DNA of 64,000 bases, taken from positions 734,443-798,442 of the forward strand of contig CAWDSK010000002.1 in NCBI GenBank assembly GCA_963804995.1. The letters run 5' to 3'. The notes below the pieces were generated by a model that worked only from the letters and a program-made list of their open reading frames with translations, made no database searches and had not been told where the DNA came from. This DNA comes from an uncultured Acidobacteriota bacterium. GTDB lineage: Bacteria > Acidobacteriota > Terriglobia > UBA7540. Shown in pieces: positions 41,346 through 51,336 of the stretch (its first letter is position 1; the number at the start of each line of letters is the position of its first letter). A program made the translations under genes and the position numbers.

Positions 41346-41381
41346 TTACCTCTTCTTCTTTGCTTTCTTTTTGGCTGCCAT
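41346..41381 (-). CDS. 11-aa lysine-rich micropeptide MAAKKKAKKKR
   Basis: GAGGAG RBS at 41388-41393, own promoter upstream and terminator downstream. Confidence 0.7.
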   Translation of the reverse strand: MAAKKKAKKKR

Positions 41382-41446
41382 TCTATTCTCCTCAGTTCCT
41401 GAATTCTCGCGCCAGCATTGCTGGCGGAGCGCGTATTCAATCATCA

Positions 41447-41475
41447 TGTATAGAATTACAGAATTATCTTGTCAA
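41447..41475 (-). promoter_or_regulatory. Sigma70 promoter of the micropeptide unit
   Basis: TTGACA-17 nt-TATACA in AT-rich context. Confidence 0.65.
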
Positions 41476-41729
41476 GAGGAAAGTGATTGATGACAACGAA
41501 AAAGTGCAGCATGAGAGGTTCGTAAGAATAGTCGCGTGGGGTTGACGGGGACGTTTGCACAGGTCAGTGAGCACAGAAATGGACTCGCCAACCGCGAATT
41601 CGTTGGGTGGGAGTAAGAATTTCTGACCTTTGCGCTGACACGCGAGGTAAACTGGATACCATGCGCCGGCGCGGGAAGAAGAGCCTCGACGGCGCGACTG
41701 AAGAATCGAACCAGACGTGAATCCTTCCG

Positions 41730-42788
41730 ATGGCATCCAAGCAGAGAGATGAGGTTGCCCGAAAGATGACGATGCGCAACGCCCCCCGAACTACAGGATC
41801 TCAACCTGAAACCCTGCGATATATCCTCTGCTCAATCTGCGTCTTTTTGTTGGCCGTATCCTTCGCGTCCCTCGAAGGGCAGCAAGAAGTTCCTGCGCCC
41901 GGCCAGACTTTGAAAATCACGACGGAAGTCGTCAACGTTTACGCCGTCGTAAGGCAGAAGGGCGGCCGACTGCTTCCCGATCTCAACAAAGACAACTTTG
42001 CTCTCGAAGAGGACAAGCAGCCCCAGACCATCAAGTACTTTTCGCGGGAGACGGATACGCCACTGACCATGGGTATCCTGGTAGACACCAGTCCCAGCCA
42101 GGGCCGCGTGCTGGATGTGGAGAAGGAGGAGGCCAAGGCATTTCTTCGGCAGGTCCTGCGTCCCAAAGATCTCGTCTACATTCTGCACTTCGACGTGGAC
42201 GTGGAGTTACTGCAGGATTTCACGGCGGACCTGCGCCTGCTCGACAAGGCCATCGATGAAAACGTTATCAACGGCGGCGGGGGTGGTCCGACTCCGGGAC
42301 CTTTTCCCACCAGTAGCTCAGGCGGGGCGACGCACCTGTACGATGCGGTTTACTTGTCGGCGCGCGAACTGCTTAAGAACGAAGTCGGCCGCAAAGTTCT
42401 CATCCTGCTCACCGACGGCGAAGATCAGGGCAGCAGAATAAAACTTGAACAATCGATCGAGGCGGCGCAGAAAGCCGACATCATCGTCTATTCTGTCGAC
42501 ATCAGCGACCGCGCCTTCTATTACGGGCGCGGGATGGGTTTCGGCGGCGACTCAGTGCTGAAGAAGTTTTCCGATGAAACCGGCGGCCGGGTGCTGGAAG
42601 TCAATCGTGTCAAGGACACAGGCGCTGCGTTCCAGCAAATCGCCAGCGAACTCCGTACGCAGTATCTGCTTGGCTACACGCCCACCAACACCAAACTGGA
42701 TGGAACCTACCGGAAGATTCAAGTCAAAGTCCGCAACGGTGACTACAAGGTCCAGGCCCGCCGCGGATATTACGCTCCGGAAGGATAA
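41730..42788 (+). CDS. VWA domain protein (Acidobacterial VWFA-related type)
   Basis: ILVDTSPS MIDAS, THLYDAV, LLTDGED, ETGG, QYLLGYTP, RRGYYAP; start may be further downstream. Confidence 0.9.
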   Translation: MASKQRDEVARKMTMRNAPRTTGSQPETLRYILCSICVFLLAVSFASLEGQQEVPAPGQTLKITTEVVNVYAVVRQKGGRLLPDLNKDNFALEEDKQPQTIKYFSRETDTPLTMGILVDTSPSQGRVLDVEKEEAKAFLRQVLRPKDLVYILHFDVDVELLQDFTADLRLLDKAIDENVINGGGGGPTPGPFPTSSSGGATHLYDAVYLSARELLKNEVGRKVLILLTDGEDQGSRIKLEQSIEAAQKADIIVYSVDISDRAFYYGRGMGFGGDSVLKKFSDETGGRVLEVNRVKDTGAAFQQIASELRTQYLLGYTPTNTKLDGTYRKIQVKVRNGDYKVQARRGYYAPEG

Positions 42789-42853
42789 GAGGATTTGGTA
42801 GAGAGATTCAGGTCACTCGCCATTCACGGACTCAGCGGGAGCTGTGTGCGCAG

Positions 42854-43804
42854 CTACTGGGAGGGCGCGAAGTAGCCTGCCTTGGCGCGAACGTGCACGT
42901 TCTTGTCCAGGGGATCAATCGCGATCTTGCGGAAGGTCCCGTCGTGGGCATTGTTCGTGGAGAAGTAAGCCAAGCTGTACTGACTGCGCAGCTCGCGTCC
43001 GATGGCTTGGAAATCCACCGCCAGGTCACTCTCTTCGAAGGGAAAGAAGGCGCGCCCGCCGGTTTCCTGCGCCAGCCACTCCAGTACTTTATCCCCCCGG
43101 CTCTCCTGCCTGCTGCGGTTCGTGCTGATGGGGAAGATCGTCACTTCCGAGCGCTGCGCCATGGCCATCGCTTCATCGCGCCCGCGCTGGCTGTAGTTGT
43201 CCTGGCCATCGCTGATTACGATCATCACGCGCCGCAGGTAAGGCTCCGGCGGAGGGAACCAGTACAATTTATCTTTGCAGGAGAAGAATATCGCGTCATA
43301 GAGGCTCGTGACGCCACCTGCCTGCAAGCTGTGAATGGCGTTGGCGAGTTTCTCTTTGTCGTCGGTGTAGTCTTGTACGAGTTGGGGCTCCGCATCGAAA
43401 CTCACCACGAAGGCCTGGTCTTTCCCCTTGCGGATATTAGTCGTCAGGAAATCGATGGCGGCTTCCTCCTCAAAGCGCAGCCGGTCGCGGACGCTGTTGC
43501 TGGTGTCAATCAGGATGCCGATGCGCAGGGGCAGGTCTGACTCGCGGCTGAAGTAGCTGACGGTTTGTGGCTTGTTGTCTTCAAATACGTGGAAATCGTC
43601 CTTGGTCATATTGATGACCGTGCGATTCTTCTTATCCGTCACGGTCATCAGCACGTTGACCAGTTCGACGCGAGACTTAATCACCTGGGAACTGGTCGCG
43701 GTTTGCGTCGCAGCCGGAGGGGTGCCGGGCTTGGACTCTTGCGCTGCCAGCCACCCCGGCAGGGTAGCGAGCAGCATCATGATTGCGAGAAGTCTTTTTG
43801 CCAT
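42854..43804 (-). CDS. VWA domain protein (Acidobacterial VWFA-related type)
   Basis: Signal peptide, ILIDTSNS, TSLYDAI, ISDGQD, ETGGRAF, GYFAP. Confidence 0.9.
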   Translation of the reverse strand: MAKRLLAIMMLLATLPGWLAAQESKPGTPPAATQTATSSQVIKSRVELVNVLMTVTDKKNRTVINMTKDDFHVFEDNKPQTVSYFSRESDLPLRIGILIDTSNSVRDRLRFEEEAAIDFLTTNIRKGKDQAFVVSFDAEPQLVQDYTDDKEKLANAIHSLQAGGVTSLYDAIFFSCKDKLYWFPPPEPYLRRVMIVISDGQDNYSQRGRDEAMAMAQRSEVTIFPISTNRSRQESRGDKVLEWLAQETGGRAFFPFEESDLAVDFQAIGRELRSQYSLAYFSTNNAHDGTFRKIAIDPLDKNVHVRAKAGYFAPSQ

Positions 43805-44019
43805 TCAATACTCCACTTCCAATGAAGAATTATAAGAAGCGCTCCGCGGTCCGTCAACGAACACCGGCGAGCGGTAGTGGGTCATTTTGAAGTGCCACGG
43901 CCATCTTGGCCGTGACCGGGCACGGGCGGGACGCCCGTGGCACATCAAAATGAGTCACCACCCCGCGAGCGCGTACCGGCGCCGGCGATTTGCCTTCCGC
44001 CCCGGACGCCTTCGCACCG

Positions 44020-45318
44020 TCACCTGGTGGGAAGCCCCAGCACGGACGGCGGGTTGCCCCGTGGCGCCTCTCTGGTACCCAACGAAGTTCCAAACTCCAG
44101 GCGGCGGTGCGTGCCTTCGTGCGCCGTTACTTCACCTCTCTCGAACTTGTAATCGATTGAAGTCGTCCCCTCCAGTCCCAAGCGCACCAGAGCCTCGATG
44201 TCGAGACCGGCCTCGGCGCGGTCGAGTTCCTGGGGCCTCGCGAAAATCGCGGGAGCGCGGGGCATGAAACGCGGACAACAATCTTCAAACGGTTCGCAGG
44301 AGATCTTGTAGGTCCCGATCTGCCGGGCGAGACGCAGGATTTCCGCCTTGTCGTCTCCGGCGAGTGGCCGATAGACGGGCAAATCCAGGCCGCAATCGAT
44401 GGCCGTAAGGTTGTGCAGAGTCTGTGAGGCCACCTGCGAGACGCTGTCACCGGTGACGAGGCCCAGAGCACGCTCCGCGCGAGCAATTTCCCGCGCAATG
44501 CGCCCCATCATGCGGCGATAGAGCAAAACTCGATAGCTCTCGTGCGCACCCGCCACAATCTGCCGCTGGACGGCGTCAAAGGGAACAAGATATAGGCGCG
44601 AGGTGAATTGATACGGCGTGAGGGTGCGGACCAGGTCTTCCGCCACACCTTGCGAAGAATTGCTGGAGGGCGAGGGGTTGCCGAAGAAATGCACGAAGCT
44701 GACGTGGCAGCCGCGGCGCATCATCTTATAGGCCGCCACGGCGGAATCGAACCCGCCGGAAAGCAGCGCCACCAAACGTCCACTGGTAACGGCGGGCAGC
44801 CCACCGGGGCCTTCCACACGGTCGGCGTAAAGCAGCGCCCTTCCCGGAATGATTTCCACCTGGCAGGTAACCTCAGGCTCGTTGAGCTTGACGCGGACGC
44901 TCGAGTCGCGAGCGCGCAGATGTTCCAGCACGACGCGGCCCAGTTCGCGCTCCAGTTCCATGGAGTTCATGCCGTAGGCCGAGTCTGCAATTTTGGCGCG
45001 CACGGCAAAGTTGCGCGGATTCTTCTCAACCATCATCTCGCACGCCGCCGGACCCAGCGATTCTAGGGGGCTGTCCACCTCGCGCGCGAGGGCAATGTAG
45101 GCGAGGCCGAAAACGCGACGCAGGCGCTCGATGATGCGTGGCAGGGTAGCTTCGTCACCGGGCGTGAGAATGAAACGTTCGGAACTACTCTCCAGCGACT
45201 TGATGGGCAGATCGCCCAGGCTTTGGCGAATAGCGGCGCGCAGCCGGCTGAGAAAGTAATTCTTGTTGCCGCCTTTCAGCCAGATTTCGTGGTAGTGAAG
45301 AATCAGGACTCGCTTCAT
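44020..45318 (-). CDS. thiI: tRNA 4-thiouridine synthase (no rhodanese domain)
   Basis: HEIWLKGGN, THUMP region, LLSGGFDS PP-loop, GDSVSQVASQT, YRPL, DCC. Confidence 0.93.
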   Translation of the reverse strand: MKRVLILHYHEIWLKGGNKNYFLSRLRAAIRQSLGDLPIKSLESSSERFILTPGDEATLPRIIERLRRVFGLAYIALAREVDSPLESLGPAACEMMVEKNPRNFAVRAKIADSAYGMNSMELERELGRVVLEHLRARDSSVRVKLNEPEVTCQVEIIPGRALLYADRVEGPGGLPAVTSGRLVALLSGGFDSAVAAYKMMRRGCHVSFVHFFGNPSPSSNSSQGVAEDLVRTLTPYQFTSRLYLVPFDAVQRQIVAGAHESYRVLLYRRMMGRIAREIARAERALGLVTGDSVSQVASQTLHNLTAIDCGLDLPVYRPLAGDDKAEILRLARQIGTYKISCEPFEDCCPRFMPRAPAIFARPQELDRAEAGLDIEALVRLGLEGTTSIDYKFERGEVTAHEGTHRRLEFGTSLGTREAPRGNPPSVLGLPTR

Positions 45319-45526
45319 GCTACGGCGCCTCGGTCCGAGGCCAGGAAGATAGGTCAAGCCTGCGGGTGCTTCGAGCAGAATCTAGAATATAGGTTTTCCC
45401 CCGGGGCCGCAAGCGGATGGCCTGAGGCATAGGGTGGGGCACCGCTTGACACCTCTTCTATCCCTCGGTACGATGCCCTTCAAGTACGTTGGTTCCCGTG
45501 GTCCGACATTCGTGAGGAGGTGCCCT

Positions 45527-45955
45527 ATGGCGGCAATCAGCCGAGCCCGCATAGCAATGGGTACACTGGCAGGAGGGGTTGTTTGGGGAATCTGGAGCAC
45601 CATCATCAACATGGTGATCCTGGAGCCAAAATACGCGTCCTCGCAAAAGGCGGGTTGGCTCCTGGTCCAACCGCGCTACCCGCTGTTTTTTGTTTACTGG
45701 TTCGTGCTGCTCTTCGTACTGACCTACATTCTCACCTGGGTGTACGTGTCAGTGCGCAGCACGCTGGGACCGGGACCTATTACGGCGCTGCGCGTGGGAT
45801 TCCTGGCGGGCTTTATGAGCGGCTTCCCCATCAGTCTGTCGCTGGCTGCGTGGGCCCCGTTCAGCCGCGCCATTCCGCTCTTTTGGATGCTTGACCTCTG
45901 GGTGGGCGCGATGCTGGCCACGCTCGTTTCAGCCTGGCTCTACAAAGAGGCGTAG
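45527..45955 (+). CDS. Hypothetical four-TM membrane protein
   Basis: GAGGAGG RBS; four hydrophobic segments with GPGP.TA. Confidence 0.75.
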   Translation: MAAISRARIAMGTLAGGVVWGIWSTIINMVILEPKYASSQKAGWLLVQPRYPLFFVYWFVLLFVLTYILTWVYVSVRSTLGPGPITALRVGFLAGFMSGFPISLSLAAWAPFSRAIPLFWMLDLWVGAMLATLVSAWLYKEA

Positions 45956-46065
45956 CGTCGCACCATCACGGGGCAAGGCCTTCCACTCCCCGCAGCGTGA
46001 GGAGCAATTCGCCCGCGCCATCGCAAGGTGACCTGCGGATGAGAGTTGGAGTCTGATGGGAAGGC

Positions 46066-48597
46066 CTACTCCGCCACAGAGAACTCCAATTTATTGCCGC
46101 TTCGCTCAATGCGGTCGAGTCGCACGCGGATACGTTCGCCGAGGTGGAACGCGCGTTGGGTGTGTTGGCCAATGATAGCTCGCTCACGCTCGCGGTAGAC
46201 GTAGTAGTCATCGCCAAGGCTGGCGAGAGCTACCAGACCTTCTACAAACAGGTCTGTGAGCTCCACGAAGAATCCGAACTTGGCCAAGCCGATGATGAGG
46301 GCGTCGAACTCATCGCCGACGTGCTGCGCCATAAAGGATACTTTCTTCCATTCCATGAGCTCGCGCTCGGCGTCTGCGGCGCGACGTTCGGCTTCGGACG
46401 TCGCCAGCCCGAGGGAGTGGAGTTCCTGCGGAAAGATGAACGCCCCGCCGGGGAGATTCTGTCCAGCGCCCGCCGCTCCAGGGCTGGTCAAAGGCGCGGC
46501 GGCGTGTCCATGGGCAGGCTTCACGTGAGCATGTGGGTGCGATCCTGCGGCCGCTTTCTCCCGGGCGCGGGCTTGATCGCCTTCCCTCGCTAACGCGGCC
46601 TTCAGAATTCGATGCACGATGAGGTCTGGATAACGGCGGATCGGCGAAGTGAAGTGGGTGTAGGTCTCGGCCGCGAGCGCGAAGTGGCCGACGTTCTCTT
46701 CGGAATAGCGAGCTTGCTTCAGCGAGCGGAGCATCAGGTAAGAAAGGATGCGCTCCTCGGGTTTGCCCTCCAGGCGCTGGGTAAGCCGCTGGTAGTGGCG
46801 CGGGCTGATCTCGAGTTCCTGGGAGTCCAACTGCTCCAGGAAGCGCGGATAGCGGTCGCGCTCGCCGCGCTTGCTGACCGGCAGGCGCCGCGCGGGAGGC
46901 AGTTCCACACCCAGTGAGTAGCCAAAGGTCGCGGCGATCTCTTCAAACTCCACTACCTTTTTGGGTTCGGGCTTCTCGTGAATGCGGTACAACGAGGGAA
47001 TCTCGCGGCTCTCCAGATACCCCGCCACGGTTTCGTTTGCGGCCAGCATGAATTCTTCGATGAGGCGGTGGGCGATGTTGCGCTCCGAGCGCGTGATACC
47101 GACCATGCGGCCGGACTCGTCGAACTCAATCAGCGGCTCAGGCAGATCGAAGTCAATGGAGCCGCGTTGCTCGCGCCGGCGGTTGAGAATCAGCGCGAGT
47201 TCCTCCATCAGTTTGAAATTCGGGACGAGCGCTCGATAGCGCTGGCAAGCCGCGGGTTCGCCCACCAGAACGTCACGAACGGCCGTGTAAGTCATGCGCT
47301 CCATGCTGCGGATAATACCCGGCACCAGTTCGTGCTTGACGATGCGCCCGCCGGGATCGATTTCCATTAGCGCGGACATCACCAGTCGATTGACGTGCGG
47401 ATTGAGGCTGCAAATGCCGTTCGAAAGCTCGAGGGGCAGCATGGGCACGGCGCGATCGGGAAAGTAAACGGAGGTGCCGCGCAAGCGTGCCTCGCGGTCG
47501 AGCGCTGTGCCGGGCCGCACGTAGTGCGCCACGTCCGCAATGTGGACCTGCAGCAGATAATTGCCCCCCGCCAGGCGCTCCACCAGAACCGCGTCGTCAA
47601 AATCCTTGGCAGTCTCGCCGTCGATGGTCACGATGGGCAGTTCACGAAAATCGCGCCGGCCCTCGCGATCGTGCTCGGGAAGATATTGGGGGGCGGCGCT
47701 GGCTTCCGCCAGCGCTTCCGGAGGAAAGCGGTGCGGCAGGTGGAATTTACGGATGACGATTTCCACATCCACGCCAAACTCGTCGCGCCGCCCCAGGACT
47801 TCAATCACCCGTCCGCGTGGCAACGCAGCAGGACGTGGAAAGGTAGTGATCTCAACATCCACGATCAGCCCGTCCAGGTCGTGTGCGGTGCGGCGGGTTT
47901 TCGTCTCCTGTGCGGCGCCGCGGCCTTCCGACTCGCCCCCAAACTGGCGATCACGACTCCGGGCCTTGGCGGGGTGCGTGGCGTCGAACTCCTCACCGCC
48001 GGGCCACTCCTGCCCGCGCGGAATGACGATCTCGAACGGGATGCGCTGATCAAACGGCAGAACGAAGTTGTAACGCGCGCCGCAATGGAACTGGCCCACC
48101 ACCGTCTTCTGCGCGCGGTCGGTAACGCGCAGGATGCGGCCTTCCACACGCCCATCGGGTTTGGCGCGAAGGACCTGCACTTCCACGCGGTCGCCATGCA
48201 AGGCCGAACCCATGCCGTCACGGGAGATGTAGATGTCCTGGTCGGTTCCTGCCAAGGGTTGGTCAGACACCACAAAGCCGTAGCCATCGCGATGGCCGAT
48301 CAGGCGGCCGGTGACCACGTTCGGCCCGCGGGTCCGCGCCACAGGAAGTTTTGCAGCCGCAACCGGCGGACTCTTGCCCGGATCGGCGCGGCCATCCCGC
48401 TGTGCCAGCGCGAAGTGATTCTTCTTCAGATAAACGATCTGGCGGTGGCGCGAGAGGTCTTTAAGCGCCGTCTTGAGCTCGCGCGCCTGGCTCGAACGCA
48501 AGCCGAGCTCGACCACCAGTTCGCGGAGGCGGTACGTCTTGCCCGGATCGCGCTCGAAGACCTTCAGAATCTCTTTTGACAACGGGAATTCGCGCAT
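46066..48597 (-). CDS. rnr: Ribonuclease R
   Basis: HRDGYGFV, TIDGETAKDFDDA, HIADV, IEEFMLAAN, HFTSPIRRYPDL, S1 domain. Confidence 0.96.
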   Translation of the reverse strand: MREFPLSKEILKVFERDPGKTYRLRELVVELGLRSSQARELKTALKDLSRHRQIVYLKKNHFALAQRDGRADPGKSPPVAAAKLPVARTRGPNVVTGRLIGHRDGYGFVVSDQPLAGTDQDIYISRDGMGSALHGDRVEVQVLRAKPDGRVEGRILRVTDRAQKTVVGQFHCGARYNFVLPFDQRIPFEIVIPRGQEWPGGEEFDATHPAKARSRDRQFGGESEGRGAAQETKTRRTAHDLDGLIVDVEITTFPRPAALPRGRVIEVLGRRDEFGVDVEIVIRKFHLPHRFPPEALAEASAAPQYLPEHDREGRRDFRELPIVTIDGETAKDFDDAVLVERLAGGNYLLQVHIADVAHYVRPGTALDREARLRGTSVYFPDRAVPMLPLELSNGICSLNPHVNRLVMSALMEIDPGGRIVKHELVPGIIRSMERMTYTAVRDVLVGEPAACQRYRALVPNFKLMEELALILNRRREQRGSIDFDLPEPLIEFDESGRMVGITRSERNIAHRLIEEFMLAANETVAGYLESREIPSLYRIHEKPEPKKVVEFEEIAATFGYSLGVELPPARRLPVSKRGERDRYPRFLEQLDSQELEISPRHYQRLTQRLEGKPEERILSYLMLRSLKQARYSEENVGHFALAAETYTHFTSPIRRYPDLIVHRILKAALAREGDQARAREKAAAGSHPHAHVKPAHGHAAAPLTSPGAAGAGQNLPGGAFIFPQELHSLGLATSEAERRAADAERELMEWKKVSFMAQHVGDEFDALIIGLAKFGFFVELTDLFVEGLVALASLGDDYYVYRERERAIIGQHTQRAFHLGERIRVRLDRIERSGNKLEFSVAE

Positions 48598-48823
48598 GCG
48601 TGTGCCCCACTGATTCTACCATTCACCGGCCAGGCTCGCGACTTCCCACCTTCAATCGCACGCGAGCTCGCTATGCTTTCGAACTTCCTCAACCGATTGA
48701 CGCCGTTGTATATAAGCCGCTCTTTGCGATCGACAGAGAATTGGAGAACAACAATTTGTTATCACTTGGGAGGAAATCCATTATGATCACGCAGACTTAA
48801 TTCCAGTAAAGGAAAGGGTGGAG

Positions 48824-51247
48824 ATGGTCCCTTCCGGGCGAACATACGCAGGTCTGTTCCTGGTTACTCTGAGCACGCTGATGTACGAAATCCTGCTGAC
48901 GCGGGTCTTCAGCGTGGCGATGTGGTACCACTTTGTGTTCCTGGCCATCTCTATTGTGATGTTCGGGCTGACGGTGGGTGGGCTGTTGGTTTATCTGGCG
49001 CCTGCGCAATTTCCACCCGCCAACGTCCACAATCATCTTGCCACTACAGCCCTTTGCTTTGCCTTGAGCATCGTCGCCAGCTTTGTAATGTTCCTGGTAA
49101 GACCAATTTCGTTCCACCTCTCGGTGCAAGCGATAATCACTGTTGTCCTGACGCTTCTGGTGGTCTCGATCCCGTTCGTTTTTAGTGGCATCTCGGTCTG
49201 CCTGGCACTTACCCGTTTCCCCCAGAAGGTAGGACGACTTTACGCCGCCGACCTCGCCGGGGCTGCGACCGGGTGCATTGTGGTGGTCTACGCGCTCCGA
49301 TATTTCGACGGGCCCTCGGCCGTCATTCTGGCCGCAGCGCTGGGCGCCGTGGGTGCATTCTGCTTCTGGCCTCATGAGTCTCCCCGAAAATTTCGAACAC
49401 TTACGTTGGCTTGCGCCGCACTTATGGGAATTTTCGCAGGCGTGAACGCGCTCCTTGCCCGAAAGCTCGAGGCGCCGCTCCGTATGGTATGGATGAAGGG
49501 TATCGATGCTCCTCCCCCCGTGTATGAACACTGGAATTCCTTTTCACGGGTCTTCGTTTACGGCGCCCCCTTAGTGTCCGAAGAGCCTACAACCTGGGGG
49601 CTGAGCACTGCTTACACGGACAACGAAAGGGTGCGCCAGCTTCACCTGCTCATCGAGTCCGGAGCCGCAACGGTGCTTACAAACTTCCACGGCGACTTTC
49701 AAGGGTATAACTATCTGAAGTACGACATCACCAATTTCGTGCATTACCTGAGGCCGGGGTCAAGGGTGGTCGTCATCGGCGTCGGCGGGGGCCACGATGT
49801 GCTTTCCGCTCTCGCTTTCAACCAGAAATCCGTGGTCGCCATCGAAATGAACGAAGGAATCCTGAGCGCCCTCAACCAAACTTTCGGGGAGTTCACGGGA
49901 CACCTGGATCGCGACCCCAGGGTCAGCTTCATCCATGACGAGGCCCGAAGTTATCTGGCGCGGTCGAAACAGCCCGCCGACATCATTCAAGCGTCGCTGA
50001 TTGATACCTATGCGGCCACGGCGGCGGGTGCCTTCGCCTTGACGGAAAACTCCATTTACACGGTCGAAGCCTGGCATCTGTTCCTTTCGCGCTTGACTCC
50101 GCGGGGCGTCTTGTCCTTCACACGCTGGGTCTATCTTTCCAATCCGGTGGAGGTTTACAAGATTATTGCTTTGGCCACCACCGCCGTGCGCTCCCTCAAC
50201 ATCTCAGATCCTCGCGGTCACATTATCCTCGTGCGGTTTCTTTTTCCTAACAAGGCCGCGGAACATCTCAACGGACTCGCCACCATCCTGGTCAGCCCGC
50301 AAGCGTTCTCGGCGGAGGATTTGCAATTGGCAAGCCAGGTCGCGGACCGGATGAAGTTCGAGATCATCCTGAGCCCCACACAAGCTGCGGACCCAATGCT
50401 TGAAGCCTTGGTGTCGGATGAGAGCTTCACGCCTGCCTCCCCGCAATGGCCGCAGAATCTGCGTGTGCCCACTGACAACTCCCCATTTTTCTTCTGCGGC
50501 TTCCGGGTGCGGGATGTTTTCCGTCAGCTTGTTTACGGCTGGCATTCGGAGGAAACGCGGAGCATGGGCCCGATCTTCACGCTGGCGTCGCTCCTGTTGG
50601 GGGTCACGGTTCTGACAGTGTTATGCATCGTGGTGCCCCTCTTGTTGACCCGTCGCGGGGATTCGGTGCGGGGCGCCATGCCGCTGTTCCTATTTTTCGC
50701 CGCCATTGGCCTGGGGTTCATGCTGGTTGAAGTTTCCCAACTCGAACGGCTGATGGTTTTCCTCGGTCATCCCACCTATTCGCTCTCAACGGTGCTTTTC
50801 ACGTTGTTGCTCTGAGCGGATTGGGAAGCTACTCGAACGGGTGTCTCCTGGTTCCCCCGGTCGCTCGGTGGACCTGTCCAACGCCTCGTGGCTCTGCTCA
50901 TTACGCTCGTTCTCTTTGGACTATTGACGCCGCTGGCCACGGCCGCCTTCGCGTCCTCCCCCACCCCCGTACGTTTGGCCGTCGCGGCAGCCATCCTATT
51001 CCCCCTGGGCTTCTTTATGGGCATGGCATTCCCCGTCGGGATGCAGTTGGCCTCAGCCCGCTCGGAGGCGCTCACGCCTTGGCTCTGGGGATTGAATGGG
51101 GCAACATCCGTCATGGCTTCCGTCTGGGCCTTTCTCATTGCGCTCGGTTGGGGAATCTCCTTCGCCTTCTGGACGGGCGCCGCGTGTTACGCCCTCGCCG
51201 CTTTGAGCTGCGCCTGGATTTCCGCACAGGCTCCGCGTAGCGCTTGA
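48824..51247 (+). CDS. Multi-TM spermidine-synthase-like SAM-dependent transferase, interrupted at 50813-50836
   Basis: LYAADLAGAA, VIGVGGGHDV, IHDEARSYL, YTVEA, GLGFMLVE, GMAFPVG, WGLNG. Confidence 0.8.
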
Positions 51248-51336
51248 CCTCCGCCGATGTTTCCAGTTGAGTGCCTTAGGGCAACAACGCAGTGGCGCCA
51301 TTTGCCATCTAGGGTCTTCACCGGTAAACTGCAGCC

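Noticed and set aside
50813..50815. Selenocysteine or readthrough TGA
   Set aside because: Better explained by two compensating indels, since the conserved-looking SGLGSYS is out of frame
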